NCBI GenBank assembly: GCA_031394735.1
Contig: JANMXI010000075.1
Coordinates: 435-64,434, forward strand
DNA: 64,000 bases
Source of the DNA: Pseudomonadota bacterium
GTDB taxonomy: Bacteria; Pseudomonadota; Gammaproteobacteria; Steroidobacterales; Steroidobacteraceae
Direction: 5' to 3'
This document shows positions 17,945 to 29,214 of this stretch, piece by piece; position 1 is the stretch's first letter; the number at the start of each line of letters is the position of its first letter. A program made the position numbers and the translations under genes. The notes under the pieces were generated by a model. The model was not told where the DNA came from and searched no databases. It was given only the letters and a program-made list of their open reading frames with translations.

Positions 17945-19456
17945 CTACGACACGCGGACGGCTTTGGGTCCACTGGGTGTGGTGTCGCGACGTTGCTGCT
18001 TTGCCTCGTCAGATCGATCACGCTGCAAGCGCGCCAGGTATTCCACGGTGACATCGCCGGTGACGTACTCACCCGAAAAACACGACGTGTCGAATTCCTG
18101 GATCTTGGCATTGTCGTGTTGCACGGCATGCACAAGGTCTGTCAGATCCTGGTAGATCAGCCAATCGGCGCCGATGAGGCGCATGACCTCGTCGTCGGTC
18201 CGGCCCGCTGCGACCAGCTCCGATGCGGCCGGCATGTCGATGCCGTAGACATTGGGGTAGCGCACCGGCGGCGCCGCCGATGCGAAATAGACTTTCTTGG
18301 CGCCGGCTTCACGGGCCATCTCGATGATCTGCGCCGAAGTTGTGCCGCGCACGATCGAGTCGTCCACGAGCAGCACATTCTTGCCGCGAAATTCCAGGTC
18401 GATGGCATTGAGCTTGCTGCGTACCGACTTCGAACGCTGCTCCTGACCGGGCATGATGAAGGTGCGTCCGATGTAGCGGTTCTTGATGAACCCTTCACGG
18501 TATTTCACGCCGAGAATCTGCGCCACCTGCACGGCGCTGGTGCGACTGGTGTCGGGGATGGGGATCACCACGTCGATGTCGTGATCGGGTCGCTCGCGTT
18601 TTATCTTCTCCGCCAAGCGTTCGCCCATGCGCATTCGTGCCTTGTAGACCGAGATGCGATCGATGATGGAGTCGGGTCGCGCAAAATACACGTACTCGAA
18701 AATGCACGGTGTATGATGGGCGCCGGCAACGCATTGCTGCGCGTACAACCGGCCCTGCTCGTCGATGAACACCGCCTCGCCCGGCGCGACATCGCGAACC
18801 ATCTTGAAGCCCGACATGTCGAGCGCCACGCTTTCCGAGGCGAGCATCCATTCCGGGCCCTTCTTGGTGTCGCGCTTACCCAGCACCAACGGACGAATGC
18901 CGTTCGGATCGCGGAACCCCAACACCCCGTGGCCGATGACCATGGCAACCACGGCGTAGCCGCCGCGACAGCGTCGATACACGGCGTTCACCGCAGCAAA
19001 CACGTCGGCGGCGGTGACGCGCGGCGTACCCACTCGCTGCAGTTCGGAGGCAAACACGTTGAGCAGGACCTCGGAGTCCGAGGTGGTGTTCAGATGGCGG
19101 CGATCCTCGCGGATCAACACTTCGGTGAGTTCACGCGCATTGGTCAGATTGCCGTTGTGGGCAAGACAGATGCCGTACGGGGAATTGACGTAAAACGGCT
19201 GTGCGTCGTGCGCGCTATCGCACCCGGCCGTCGGATATCGCACGTGGCCGATGCCGGCGTTACCCTTCAGCTTCACCATGTGCTTCTGCTGGAACACGTC
19301 GCGCACCAGTCCCGAATCTTTGCGCATGAACAGTTCGCCGGCGTCCGCCGTCATCATACCGGCGGCATCCTGGCCGCGGTGTTGCAGGACGATGAGCGCA
19401 TCGTAGATACGCTGATTGACTGCGCTGACTCCGACGATTCCAACGATTCCGCACAT
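17945..19456 (-). CDS. purF: Amidophosphoribosyltransferase
   Basis: [10 protein letters not shown]-terminal nucleophile, [11 protein letters not shown] motif [13 protein letters not shown]. Confidence 0.95.
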   Translation of the reverse strand: MCGIVGIVGVSAVNQRIYDALIVLQHRGQDAAGMMTADAGELFMRKDSGLVRDVFQQKHMVKLKGNAGIGHVRYPTAGCDSAHDAQPFYVNSPYGICLAHNGNLTNARELTEVLIREDRRHLNTTSDSEVLLNVFASELQRVGTPRVTAADVFAAVNAVYRRCRGGYAVVAMVIGHGVLGFRDPNGIRPLVLGKRDTKKGPEWMLASESVALDMSGFKMVRDVAPGEAVFIDEQGRLYAQQCVAGAHHTPCIFEYVYFARPDSIIDRISVYKARMRMGERLAEKIKRERPDHDIDVVIPIPDTSRTSAVQVAQILGVKYREGFIKNRYIGRTFIMPGQEQRSKSVRSKLNAIDLEFRGKNVLLVDDSIVRGTTSAQIIEMAREAGAKKVYFASAAPPVRYPNVYGIDMPAASELVAAGRTDDEVMRLIGADWLIYQDLTDLVHAVQHDNAKIQEFDTSCFSGEYVTGDVTVEYLARLQRDRSDEAKQQRRDTTPSGPKAVRVS

Positions 19457-19485
19457 GGTTTAAAACCCTTCGGCCTGTCGCGCCG

Positions 19486-20001
19486 TTATCGAACTTTGAC
19501 GCCGGAGATGCGCTCGAACGTGGACCAGGGCTCACCCTTCTCGCCCACCATCGCGCGCAACCAATCACCCACTGTCTCGCCATAGGGAATGAGTTTGGAC
19601 TCGTTCCACCACTCTTCCTTGTTCAGATGCAATAGCTCGCAGCCGATGACCGCCAGGCCCACGAGCAGCAACCCTCGTACAAAGCCGAACATGATGCCGA
19701 TGGCGCGATCCAGAATACCCAGGCCCACGCTGCGCGTGAAATATTGCAGGAGAAGTCCGGTGAGGATGCCGGCGATGACGACGAGCACCATGACAACGAG
19801 CCGTCCGACCCACGGGCGGACCTCTGGACTCGCCAGCAGCCCGCCCAGATGCGGCTCGATCAGCGGACCGAACTTCCACGCCAACCAGACACCGGCAACC
19901 CAGAACACCAACGAAACTGCTTCGCGAACGAACCCCCGCATGAAGCCGACGCCAGTCGAGACCAGGACGATGAGGATGATGAGAAAATCGGCCAGGGTCA
20001 C
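19486..20001 (-). CDS. cvpA: CvpA family membrane protein
   Basis: LIILIVLVSTGVGFMRGFVREAVSL matches the CvpA N-terminus. I prefer GTG 19999-20001 over the upstream start of ORF 19486-20034. Confidence 0.75.
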   Translation of the reverse strand: MTLADFLIILIVLVSTGVGFMRGFVREAVSLVFWVAGVWLAWKFGPLIEPHLGGLLASPEVRPWVGRLVVMVLVVIAGILTGLLLQYFTRSVGLGILDRAIGIMFGFVRGLLLVGLAVIGCELLHLNKEEWWNESKLIPYGETVGDWLRAMVGEKGEPWSTFERISGVKVR

Positions 20002-20112
20002 GGCACGCCTCGGGAGTCCACTACAAGTCCGCATTCTACCGGAGGCGACGCCACCGCGCGGGAAAACCCGCGCACCAACCCAACAATGCTGCGGTGAGAA
20101 CTGTGACTGACG

Positions 20113-20811
20113 TCAAGGTGCGATGATGCTGACGCTCTGGCCCTGCGATTTGAGCTTGGCGGCTGCGCGATCCGCCGCCGTGCGGTCCGCAAATGGGCCG
20201 GCCCGCACACGATGCTTGCCGCCTTGTGTCGAGACATAGACGCGAATTCCCTTGCCATGCAGCGTCCGCGCAAGCTTGTCGGCATTGGCTCTACTTGCAA
20301 AACTGCCCAATTGAATCGACCAGCCGCCCTTCGCGCCGATGGGCGCAAAGGAATTGGTGGAACGCGACGTGCGCGCGACCGGCGGCGGCGGCTCGGCAAC
20401 TGCTTCCGCCGCAGGTTGCGGCGCCGGCAGACTTTGTATTTGGGGTCGAGGCGTCGCAGATTCAAGTGGCGGCTGGCTGCGCGCCGACTCATGCGCGGTA
20501 TCCGGAACAGGCGCCGTGTCCACCTTGGCGGGACTTGCGGGCAGGGGCGCAACGGACGGCGGTTCAGTGACGGACGTCGTGATGGGCGGAGTAGCAACCG
20601 GCGCAGCCGCGCTCGCCGAACCGGGATTGCTGAGATCGACGGTGTAGGTGCGAACGGCCGCGGCCGTGCTGGTGGGCACTTGATTGGGAATTTCGGCAGG
20701 TCGCGCGGCGACGGCCGTCCGCGGTCCGGACAACAACTCGGGCACGAACAACACGGCAATCAACACCAGAATGGTCGCGCCGACCAGGCGTTCCTTCAAT
20801 CGACGATCCAT
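20113..20811 (-). CDS. dedD: SPOR-domain cell-division protein (DedD-like)
   Basis: TM anchor, Pro/Ala-rich linker and a C-terminal SPOR domain (WSIQLGSFASRANADKLARTL..VRAGPF). ATG at 20809-20811. Confidence 0.75.
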   Translation of the reverse strand: MDRRLKERLVGATILVLIAVLFVPELLSGPRTAVAARPAEIPNQVPTSTAAAVRTYTVDLSNPGSASAAAPVATPPITTSVTEPPSVAPLPASPAKVDTAPVPDTAHESARSQPPLESATPRPQIQSLPAPQPAAEAVAEPPPPVARTSRSTNSFAPIGAKGGWSIQLGSFASRANADKLARTLHGKGIRVYVSTQGGKHRVRAGPFADRTAADRAAAKLKSQGQSVSIIAP

Positions 20812-20839
20812 CTTCACGATCAAGGCGGGCACTTCCGGT

Positions 20840-22138
20840 TCATTGCGGGTCCGTCACGATACCCTGCGATTCCAGCCAGTCAAGCACCGGGCCGACACTG
20901 TGAAAGGAGCCGAACGCAACGATGCGGTCCGCCCCATCCGCCGTGTCGCGGGCGCGTTCGCAGCATTGCTCAAAACTGCCGCCCAGGGAGTAATGGCCGC
21001 TGACCAGATCACCGACGCATTCCGCCACTGCCGCATCGCTAAGGCCGCGCGGACCCTGCGTGGCGGCGAACCACCAGTGATCCACCACTGCGCCAAGTTC
21101 GGCGACGATGGCGCGCGCGTCCTTGTCGGCCAGCACACCGAACACTGCATAGGTCTTGCCACGAGCCGGCAGCGCTCGCAGATTGCCGGCCAGCACCCGT
21201 GCGGCACTCTGGTTGTGCGCAACATCCAATATCCAGGTGGGATCCGAGTCTGTCGCCGGGGCAATGATCTGAAATCGGGCCGGGAGCTGCGCGCGGCGCA
21301 ATCCTGCGGCAATCGCCTGCGGTGAAATCGTCAGTCGCGAATCGAGCTCCTCCAACGCCGCCAGTGCCGTCGATGCATTGTCCAACTGCGTCGTGCCGAA
21401 CAACGCAGGCAGCGGCAGATCGGGTAGATCCCAGCGCGTGCCACGATATCGCCAACGCGACCCTCCGGGTTTACGTTCATGCGAAAAGTCTCTGCCCAAT
21501 CGTTTGAGCTGCGCGCCGACCTCGGTCGCGGTGCGCAACACCGACTCGGGCATGTCCTGGCTGCCGAGGACGGCGGGCCTGCCGCGACGGAAGATACCGG
21601 CTTTCTCCGCGCCGATGGCCTCCAGCGTTGACCCAAGAAAATCCTGGTGATCGAAACCGATGCTGACGACGACCGCAACATCCGGATCGATGATGTTGAC
21701 GGCATCGAGCCGGCCGCCCAGCCCGACCTCCAGCACCCAGGCATCCACGCGCGCTGCTTCGAACACCAGAATGGCAGCGAGCGTGTTGTACTCGAAAAAC
21801 GACAGGCCGATATCGCCGCGTGCAGCTTCGATGCGCTCGAACGCGGACACCAGCGCCTCTGCGCTCACCAGCGAATCGCCGACACGGATGCGCTCGCGAT
21901 AATCGCGCAGGTGCGGCGAGGTAAACAGACCCGAGGAATAGCCGGCAGCCTGCAGGATCGCAGCCGAGTAGGCGCCGACCGACCCTTTGCCGTTGGTTCC
22001 CGCGATGGTGATCACCGGCACGTCAGGCCGTTGCCAGTGGAGACGATCCAGCACGCTTCCCAGCCGCTCGAGCCCCAGGTCGATGACGCGGGGATACGCC
22101 TGCTCCTGGTACAGCAGCCATGAAGCCAGATCGCGCAA
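20840..22138 (-). CDS. folC: Bifunctional folylpolyglutamate synthase/dihydrofolate synthase
   Basis: ITIAGTNGKGSV P-loop, FTSPHL, Mur-ligase architecture. Confidence 0.9.
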   Translation of the reverse strand: MRDLASWLLYQEQAYPRVIDLGLERLGSVLDRLHWQRPDVPVITIAGTNGKGSVGAYSAAILQAAGYSSGLFTSPHLRDYRERIRVGDSLVSAEALVSAFERIEAARGDIGLSFFEYNTLAAILVFEAARVDAWVLEVGLGGRLDAVNIIDPDVAVVVSIGFDHQDFLGSTLEAIGAEKAGIFRRGRPAVLGSQDMPESVLRTATEVGAQLKRLGRDFSHERKPGGSRWRYRGTRWDLPDLPLPALFGTTQLDNASTALAALEELDSRLTISPQAIAAGLRRAQLPARFQIIAPATDSDPTWILDVAHNQSAARVLAGNLRALPARGKTYAVFGVLADKDARAIVAELGAVVDHWWFAATQGPRGLSDAAVAECVGDLVSGHYSLGGSFEQCCERARDTADGADRIVAFGSFHSVGPVLDWLESQGIVTDPQ

Positions 22139-22140
22139 CG

Positions 22141-23010
22141 CTAACCTTGTGCCGGCGCGGGCTCTTTTCCGGTCATGATCCGCAGCATCGAGCCGATTCG
22201 ATCGCGCATCTCACGCCGGTCCACGATCATGTCGAGTGCGCCATGATCGAGCAGGAATTCGCTGCGCTGGAACCCTTCAGGCAGGGTTTCGCGCACGGTT
22301 TGCTGGATGACACGCGGACCGGCAAAGCCGATCAACGCCTTCGGTTCGCCGATGTTGACGTCGCCCAACATGGCGAGGCTCGCCGACACGCCGCCGGTGG
22401 TCGGATCGGTCATGACGGAGATGTAGGGCAGACGCGCTTCCGACATGCGCTTCAGCGCCGCACTGGTCTTGGCCATCTGCAACAGTGAATACAACGCTTC
22501 TTGCATGCGCGCACCGCCGCTCGCCGAAAAGCAGACCAACGGCGAACGATGCTCCAGGCAATGATCAGCCGCGCGAACGAATTTCTCGCCCACCACCGAG
22601 CCCATCGAACCGCCGAGAAATCGAAACTCGAATGCAACGGCGACAACGTCCAGCTCGGCCAGCTTGCCTGCCATGACGATCAACGCATCGCGCTCGCCCG
22701 TCTGCTTCTGGCTTTGCACCAGCCGGTCGCGATAGCGCTTGGTGTCCTTGAACTTCAGTGGATCCTCAGGCTCGATCTTCGCCGCCAATTCGGTCACCGA
22801 CCCGGGGTCGAAGAATTTCAGCAGTCGTTCGCGTGCATTGATGCGCATGTGATGGCTGCATTTGGGGCAGACATGCAGATTGCGCTCGATCTCGGCGCGA
22901 TACAGCACCGAATCGCAGGCGGGGCACTTGGTCCACAGCCCTTCGGGCACCGAACGCGTGCGGCGTTCGGTCTTGATCCGCGAGGGACGTATGCGTTCAA
23001 ACCAGGACAT
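22141..23010 (-). CDS. accD: Acetyl-CoA carboxylase carboxyltransferase subunit beta
   Basis: Zinc ribbon [16 protein letters not shown], then [13 protein letters not shown]. Confidence 0.95.
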   Translation of the reverse strand: MSWFERIRPSRIKTERRTRSVPEGLWTKCPACDSVLYRAEIERNLHVCPKCSHHMRINARERLLKFFDPGSVTELAAKIEPEDPLKFKDTKRYRDRLVQSQKQTGERDALIVMAGKLAELDVVAVAFEFRFLGGSMGSVVGEKFVRAADHCLEHRSPLVCFSASGGARMQEALYSLLQMAKTSAALKRMSEARLPYISVMTDPTTGGVSASLAMLGDVNIGEPKALIGFAGPRVIQQTVRETLPEGFQRSEFLLDHGALDMIVDRREMRDRIGSMLRIMTGKEPAPAQG

Positions 23011-23052
23011 GCATGGACTCCGTGAACCCGCTAAGCCTAAAAAACCCGTTGA

Positions 23053-23841
23053 TCATAGACCAAGGAACGGCACTGCGGCCAACGTGGCCGGAATACCGTA
23101 CTCAGCGCGGTATTCCGCAGCCCAAAAATATAGTCCGCCGGCCGGTGCGGTGGGGCCGGCTTTGCGCCGGTCGCGGCCGTTCAATATCTCCATCATGGCC
23201 TGGCGCGGCTGGGGCGTGTCCAGAAGGTGAATCAGGGTCCCGACGATATTACGCACCATATGGTGCAAAAAGGCGGTGGCGCGGATTTCGATCCAGACAT
23301 AGTCCCCGGCGCGACGCACCTGCAGGATATCGATGCGGCGCGTCGCGCTTTTGGACTGGCATTCGACCGACCGGAAGGCGCTGAAATCATGTTCTCCGAT
23401 CAAAACCTGGGCCGTCGCGTGCATCAGATCGGCATCGAGTTTGCGATGAATCCAGGCAGCGCGGTGGCGCTGCAGCGGCGATCGGGCGCTGCGATTGAGA
23501 ATGTAGTAGCGATAACTGCGCCGCAGGGCGCGATGGCGGGCATGAAAATCATCCGCCACGGCGGAAGCCCAATTCAACGCAACACTGGGCGGCAGTCGCG
23601 TATTGGATCCCAGCACCCAGGCCCGCGCCGTACGTTCAGCAGTGGTTTCGAAGTGGATGACCTGCGCGGCGGCATGCACGCCGGCATCGGTACGGCCGGC
23701 GCATACGCACTGCACCGGGTGGCCTGCGACGTAGCTCAACGCCGTCTCGACGGCGCCCTGTACGGTGATGGAGTGCGTCTGGGTCTGCCAACCGGCGAAC
23801 TCAGTGCCATCGTACTCGACGATCGCGGCGAGTTTGACCAA
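23053..23841 (-). CDS. truA: tRNA pseudouridine(38-40) synthase
   Basis: YDGTEFAGWQTQ, GRTDAGVHA catalytic Asp motif. Confidence 0.95.
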   Translation of the reverse strand: MVKLAAIVEYDGTEFAGWQTQTHSITVQGAVETALSYVAGHPVQCVCAGRTDAGVHAAAQVIHFETTAERTARAWVLGSNTRLPPSVALNWASAVADDFHARHRALRRSYRYYILNRSARSPLQRHRAAWIHRKLDADLMHATAQVLIGEHDFSAFRSVECQSKSATRRIDILQVRRAGDYVWIEIRATAFLHHMVRNIVGTLIHLLDTPQPRQAMMEILNGRDRRKAGPTAPAGGLYFWAAEYRAEYGIPATLAAVPFLGL

Positions 23842-23863
23842 ATCCGGACAACCCGACGCCGGA

Positions 23864-26800
23864 TCAGCCCGGCAGGGATTCGATCAGGCGCCGTGCTTCT
23901 TGTTTCTGACTGGCCGAGCCTTCATGCGCAACTTCTTCCAAAATGCTGCGCGCGCCTTCCGGATCACCCATATCCATATAGGCACGGGCCAGATCCAGTT
24001 TGGTGCCTACTTCGCTCATGGTCACCGGTTCCAGTTCCGGCAACTCACCGTCGAAGCTCTTGAGCTTGTTGGTATCGGCCTGCGAATCTGCCTGGATTCG
24101 CGTCGTCACGCCTTCGCCGTGGACAGGTTCGCCGACATCCAGATCAACGCCCTTGTGGCGGTCGGTGGTCTCGAACACTTCGGATGAGAATACGTCCTCG
24201 GCGGCGCGCGGCTGATCGACGGTTTCGCCGGTCCCCGAAAATGCATTGGCCAGGCGGTCCAGATCCAGATCGATGCTGGCATCGGGGCTTAATGCCTTCA
24301 GACGCGAGGTCGACTCCGTGTCCAGATGTTCGACCTGTGAGAAATCCAAAGCCTTCACACGCGAGGTGGAGGCGATGTCCAGGTCCATCGGCAGATCGCG
24401 CGGCATCGCCACGGTCGGCGCAGACTCGGGCCCGATGACGGCCGTATGTTGCCCGGCAGTGCTTTGCTCCAGATCCGCGATGAAGGACGCTTCGAGTTCG
24501 CGCTCCAGTTCAGTCAGATCGCGATCGCGTACCGCGTTCTCGGCATCCTGCATCATCTTGCGTGAATGTTCGTCGAGACCGGCGACCATGGTGGGCGCGT
24601 CGGACGGATGATCGGTGACATCCAGGCCGCTGCCGGTGCGATCCAACGAGACGGAACGAGAGTCGGTCTGCTCGAGCTGCGAGAGCGACGGAGCGCCCGT
24701 CTGCTCGAGTGAGTCCAGGTCCAATCCCAAGTCGTCGATCGCAAGCTCAGCGGTCTGCTCGGTGCCCTGCGGAATCTTGGATTCAATGCGGCTGCGAACT
24801 TCTGCAGTTTCCCAGGCAGCCGTCGGCGAGTTGGACGCGTCGAACGCCATCGCCTCGGATTCCACCGTGGGCTCGTCGCGGGAGGGCATTTCACGCGTGG
24901 GGGATTCGTCCGAACCACGCTCCGGCGCGTCCAGCACGAAGTCCAGATCCGATGACTGGTACGCCGGCGCTTCACCGGTCGCTGCGGTCGAGCTGCTTTC
25001 CTGCGCAACATCGGCAGGTGGCAAGCTGCTCTGCTCGCCCTCTGGCTCGCCGAACAAATCGATGTCGACGCGATTCTCGCCGCCTTCCAGATTCAGATCG
25101 ACCAATGCGCCGGCACCCATGCCGCCGCCGGTGCTCTTGGAGAACAGTGCTTCGTCGGGGCAGATCTGCTTGCCCATGATGAGAATTTTTTCCCACTCGC
25201 CCGCCGGCGCGCGATCGCGGCTGGCGTACAAATCTTTCGCCGATTGCAGGAACAGGTCTTTGTTGCCCCAGACGAAGTAGATTTCGAGGAGCTTCAGTTT
25301 CAGATCGCGACGATCCGGTTCGCGCTCCAGCGCGATTCGCACCAGATCGGCGGCCTGGTCGTACAGACCATAGGCCATGTGGAAATCGGCCTCGGCCAGC
25401 GGATCGCCCTGATCCAGATTGATGGCTGCTTCGCTCGACAGGGTGTCGTCGCTGGGCTTGCCCTCGCGTGACTTGGGCGCAGCAGACTCTGCGCTGCTTG
25501 CCGCCGCCATGGACCGGATGTCCGGTCGTTCGTGCTGACCGGATTCCTCGACCACAAAAGACTCATCGCCGCGGCGCACGCCCAACAGCTTGGAGGTGGA
25601 ATCACGGGAGTCGGCCACATCGGTATCGACCAATCCGCCGAACTCGCTGTCATCGGAGCCCTGTCTGCGCTTCCAGGCAGCAAAGCCCAGACCGCCCAGC
25701 AATGCGACAACCAGCGCCGCCGGTACCCACCAGTTGTTTGAGATCCAGTCCAGCCAGGAACCCGACGGTTCTTCGACCACCGGCTTGGGAGCAGGCTTCG
25801 GCGGTTCTGTGGCGACCGGGGGCTGATCCGCAGGGGTGGCTGTCGGTTCGGTGGCGGGAGTCTGCGCAGCGCTCGGCGGCGTTGCCGGCTCCGAAGTGGC
25901 GCCAGGCTTTTCCTCGGGAGTGGGCTTCGGCGCAGGCGTCGGCACCACAGGCGCTGTAGCGCCGGTCCCCAGTTTCTTCTGCAGCGCTGCCAACTCGGCA
26001 TTGCGCACGTCCAACAGTCGGCGCGATTCGGCCAACTGAGACTCCAGATCCTTGACCCGGCCCTTGAGCGCGGCCGACTCGGAGGTCGAAGCGCCGTCAC
26101 TGCCTGAGCTTCCCGTACCGGCTCCCGTCGGGGCGACAAGGCGCAAATGGCCTTCATCACCGGCGGACCGTGAGCCCTGCCAGGCACTCATCTGGCGCCG
26201 GACTTCGCTGACCGCTTCACTCTGCTTCAGCGCGGCAATTTCTTCCGCGCCCGGCACCCGCAACACGGCGCCACGGCGCAGCACATTGATATTGCCGTCG
26301 AAGGCCTGTGGATTGCCCCGATACAGAGCAATCATGGTTTGATCCAATTGCGCGCTGGAACCCGGGTTGACGCTGCGCGCCAGCTTCATCAGGGTATCGC
26401 CGCCGCGTACCTGATAGGTTTCTCCGGCAGCCATGCTTGCGGCAGGGGCGCTGGAGGTGGAGGACTCGGTCGAAGCGGTTGCGCTTTCGCGCTGAATCGA
26501 GCCGGATTTGGTGGTCTCGGCAGGCGCCGCCAGCGGCGCGGCAACCGCCGGCGCGGAGGCTCGGGATTCGCCCGGTGTATAAACCGGCGGATCGAGCAAT
26601 ACGGTGTATTCGCGTACCAGACGGCCGCGGGCCCAATTGACCTCGACCAGGAAGGTGACGAAGGGCTCGGGAATGGCGTCGTTGGAGCGCACCAGCAGAG
26701 CGTCATGGCCGTCTTTGCCCTTGCCGACCTTGAAGGCGATCGTGGACAGGAACGGCGGACGGTCGATGCCGTAGCGCGTGAAGGTGTCGCGCGAGGCGAG

Positions 26801-26974
26801 CACGGCCCGTAATGAGGTCAGCTCTTCCGGAGTGGCCGACACCAACGCGATTTCCGCGTTGAGCGGCTCATTCAGGGCTGAATTGAGGTGTATTTCGCCT
26901 AAGCCGACGGCCCAGCTCAAGCTTGGGCAAAGTACGGAGACCGTCAAGATGAGACGAGGCAGCTTCGACAACAT
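23864..26974 (-). CDS. fimV: FimV/HubP family polar landmark protein
   Basis: Signal peptide, FimV N-domain (LGEIHLNSALNEPLNAEIAL), LysM (YQVRGGDTLMKLA), TM segment, long acidic region and the FimV C-terminal TPR-like motif (TKLDLARAYMDMGDPEGARSILEEV). Confidence 0.85.
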   Translation of the reverse strand: MLSKLPRLILTVSVLCPSLSWAVGLGEIHLNSALNEPLNAEIALVSATPEELTSLRAVLASRDTFTRYGIDRPPFLSTIAFKVGKGKDGHDALLVRSNDAIPEPFVTFLVEVNWARGRLVREYTVLLDPPVYTPGESRASAPAVAAPLAAPAETTKSGSIQRESATASTESSTSSAPAASMAAGETYQVRGGDTLMKLARSVNPGSSAQLDQTMIALYRGNPQAFDGNINVLRRGAVLRVPGAEEIAALKQSEAVSEVRRQMSAWQGSRSAGDEGHLRLVAPTGAGTGSSGSDGASTSESAALKGRVKDLESQLAESRRLLDVRNAELAALQKKLGTGATAPVVPTPAPKPTPEEKPGATSEPATPPSAAQTPATEPTATPADQPPVATEPPKPAPKPVVEEPSGSWLDWISNNWWVPAALVVALLGGLGFAAWKRRQGSDDSEFGGLVDTDVADSRDSTSKLLGVRRGDESFVVEESGQHERPDIRSMAAASSAESAAPKSREGKPSDDTLSSEAAINLDQGDPLAEADFHMAYGLYDQAADLVRIALEREPDRRDLKLKLLEIYFVWGNKDLFLQSAKDLYASRDRAPAGEWEKILIMGKQICPDEALFSKSTGGGMGAGALVDLNLEGGENRVDIDLFGEPEGEQSSLPPADVAQESSSTAATGEAPAYQSSDLDFVLDAPERGSDESPTREMPSRDEPTVESEAMAFDASNSPTAAWETAEVRSRIESKIPQGTEQTAELAIDDLGLDLDSLEQTGAPSLSQLEQTDSRSVSLDRTGSGLDVTDHPSDAPTMVAGLDEHSRKMMQDAENAVRDRDLTELERELEASFIADLEQSTAGQHTAVIGPESAPTVAMPRDLPMDLDIASTSRVKALDFSQVEHLDTESTSRLKALSPDASIDLDLDRLANAFSGTGETVDQPRAAEDVFSSEVFETTDRHKGVDLDVGEPVHGEGVTTRIQADSQADTNKLKSFDGELPELEPVTMSEVGTKLDLARAYMDMGDPEGARSILEEVAHEGSASQKQEARRLIESLPG

Positions 26975-27079
26975 TTCTACTCCCAGCGAACCGGTGTGCT
27001 AAGGGCCCAAAGTTCATTGACTATGAGCAGCTTGGCAGTGAAATCTCACATCCCCGGTTAACGACCGCGGAACTATAAC

Positions 27080-28120
27080 TTAACAGTAGCGATTTACCAA
27101 AATATGGGCCACAGAAACTGCGTTAATTGCAGCACACTTTCGAACATTGTCGGCCACCACCCACATATTTAGCGACCCAGGTCGAGTGGAATCGAGGCGC
27201 AAACGGCCGATGGTGACCCGGTCGGGGGCCAAAGATTTGCCGGCCGGCGTCGGGTAAGGAGGGCTGGCGTCAGCCTCCACCCACTGTACGCCGGGCGCCG
27301 TGCGCAGCGTCTCGCGCGCCTGCTCCAGCGTCATGTCGCGATCGAACGCAGCGTGGATGGCAAGCCCGTGACCGAAAAAGACCGGCACCCGTACCGCCGT
27401 CGCATTGACCGCAAGCGCTGGCAATCCCAGCAACCGGCGCGCGTCGCTTTGCAGGCGCAGCTCTTCCAGCGAGGCACCCGATTCGTCCAGCGCATCGACT
27501 TGCGGTATGACGTTGAAAGCGATGCGTTCGCCACCGCCACGCACCTTAGGCTCCTGTCCATTGAGCAACGCGGCGCATTCGCGCGCCAGCTCCTCAAGCG
27601 CCGCGCGGCCGCTGCCCGACACGCAATGGTAGGTCGCCACGTCGACGCGCGACAGGCCGGCGAGACGATGCAGCGGCGCCACTGCGGTGGCGAGCGCGAC
27701 GCTGGCGCTGCCCGGCATGACGATCATGCCGTGGCGCGCCTGCCCCACGGCTGACCCGTCGAGGATCCGCGGATTCACATCCGCCGCGATCATCGGTGCA
27801 TCGGTCGCATCGCGAAACGCGCCGGACCCCTCGATGACCCAGGCATGCGCGGCTGCTCTTGCGGCATGCGTACGCGAAACCTGCGCACGACTGCAGAAGA
27901 ACACCAGCTTGACCGTGCTGAAATCGAATTGCTCCACATCCAGCGCCGGTTGCGCCTCATCCTCTTCATCGGCCTCGAGGCGGCCGATGTCGCGCAATTC
28001 TTCGAGCCGGAAGATGCGTGCGTACGGGAACTTGGACGTGCGCAACTCGGCGATCACCGCGCCGCCGATGAGGGTGGAGGCGCCGACCACGGCGACGTTG
28101 ATTGTGCCGGGCCCGCTCAT
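27080..28120 (-). CDS. usg: Aspartate-semialdehyde dehydrogenase-like USG-1 family protein, Cys-to-Ser at the nucleophile position
   Basis: Aligns by eye with E. coli Usg ([41 protein letters not shown]). The NPNCST motif reads MPGSAS here. ATG 28118-28120 overlaps the aroC stop (ATGA). Confidence 0.75.
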   Translation of the reverse strand: MSGPGTINVAVVGASTLIGGAVIAELRTSKFPYARIFRLEELRDIGRLEADEEDEAQPALDVEQFDFSTVKLVFFCSRAQVSRTHAARAAAHAWVIEGSGAFRDATDAPMIAADVNPRILDGSAVGQARHGMIVMPGSASVALATAVAPLHRLAGLSRVDVATYHCVSGSGRAALEELARECAALLNGQEPKVRGGGERIAFNVIPQVDALDESGASLEELRLQSDARRLLGLPALAVNATAVRVPVFFGHGLAIHAAFDRDMTLEQARETLRTAPGVQWVEADASPPYPTPAGKSLAPDRVTIGRLRLDSTRPGSLNMWVVADNVRKCAAINAVSVAHILVNRYC

Positions 28121-29214
28121 CGCTTGTCCGTGATGATGGGCGTCGTGCTGTGCACATCGCCGCATTGCGCGCGATGCCGAAGGTAGTGATCCATCAGCAC
28201 CAACGCCATCATGGCCTCCGCAATCGGTGTTGCTCGCAACCCCACACACGGATCGTGGCGTCCAGTGGTGCTGATTTCGGTAGCTTGGCCGTGAATGTCG
28301 ATGGTACGTCCCGGTACGGAGATACTCGAGGTGGGTTTGACCGCCAGATTGACGAGGATGTCCTGCCCGGAGGAGATGCCGCCGAGAATGCCGCCGGCGT
28401 GATTGCTGACGAATCCGGCCGGGGTGAGTTCGTCGCGATGTTCGGAGCCGCGCTGCGTGACGCTCGCAAAACCAGCGCCGATTTCCACGCCCTTGACCGC
28501 ATTGATGCTCAACATCGCCGCGGCAAGATCGGCATCCAGGCGGCCGAACACCGGCTCGCCAAGACCCGGCGGAACGCCGCTGGCGAGCACCGTCACTTTC
28601 GCGCCGATCGAGTCGCCCTCGCCGCGAATTTTCCAGATGAGTTGTTCCAGTTCGGCAACTCGCGACGGGTCGGGACAGAAGAAGGGGTTGTCGTACACAG
28701 CGTCGAGTGCGACGGGGTCAAGGACCAGCGAACCCATCTGCGCCAGATACCCTTGGATGCGCAGCCCGAGTCGTTCACGTAGGTACTTGCGGGCAATCGC
28801 GCCCGCCGCCACCCGCATCACGGTTTCGCGCGCCGACGAACGTCCACCGCCGCGATAATCGCGCAGCCCGTATTTCTGCTGATAGGTGTAATCGGCGTGC
28901 CCGGGACGGAATCGATCTTTGATCTTCTCGTAATCGCGGGAACGCTGATCCTCGTTGCGCACCAACAGACCAATGGGTGTGCCGGTGGTTTTGCCTTCGA
29001 ACACGCCGGAGAGAATCTCCACCGTGTCGGATTCTTTGCGCTGCGTCGTGTATTGCGAAGTGCCCGGTCGGCGGCGCTCGACGTCGGCCTGCAGATCGGC
29101 CTCGCTCAAGCTCAAGCCGGGCGGACAGCCGTCCACCACGCAACCCAACGCCGGCCCATGGCTTTCGCCAAAGCTGGTGACCGTAAACAGGCGACCGATG
29201 CTATTTCCTGACAC
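28117..29214 (-). CDS. aroC: Chorismate synthase
   Basis: [36 protein letters not shown]. Confidence 0.95.
   Translation of the reverse strand: MSGNSIGRLFTVTSFGESHGPALGCVVDGCPPGLSLSEADLQADVERRRPGTSQYTTQRKESDTVEILSGVFEGKTTGTPIGLLVRNEDQRSRDYEKIKDRFRPGHADYTYQQKYGLRDYRGGGRSSARETVMRVAAGAIARKYLRERLGLRIQGYLAQMGSLVLDPVALDAVYDNPFFCPDPSRVAELEQLIWKIRGEGDSIGAKVTVLASGVPPGLGEPVFGRLDADLAAAMLSINAVKGVEIGAGFASVTQRGSEHRDELTPAGFVSNHAGGILGGISSGQDILVNLAVKPTSSISVPGRTIDIHGQATEISTTGRHDPCVGLRATPIAEAMMALVLMDHYLRHRAQCGDVHSTTPIITDKR

Noticed and set aside
17573-19585. 670-aa plus-strand ORF
   Set aside because: It is antisense to the kinase and purF, which both have unambiguous motifs. The composition is Arg/His/Gly-rich shadow-frame sequence.
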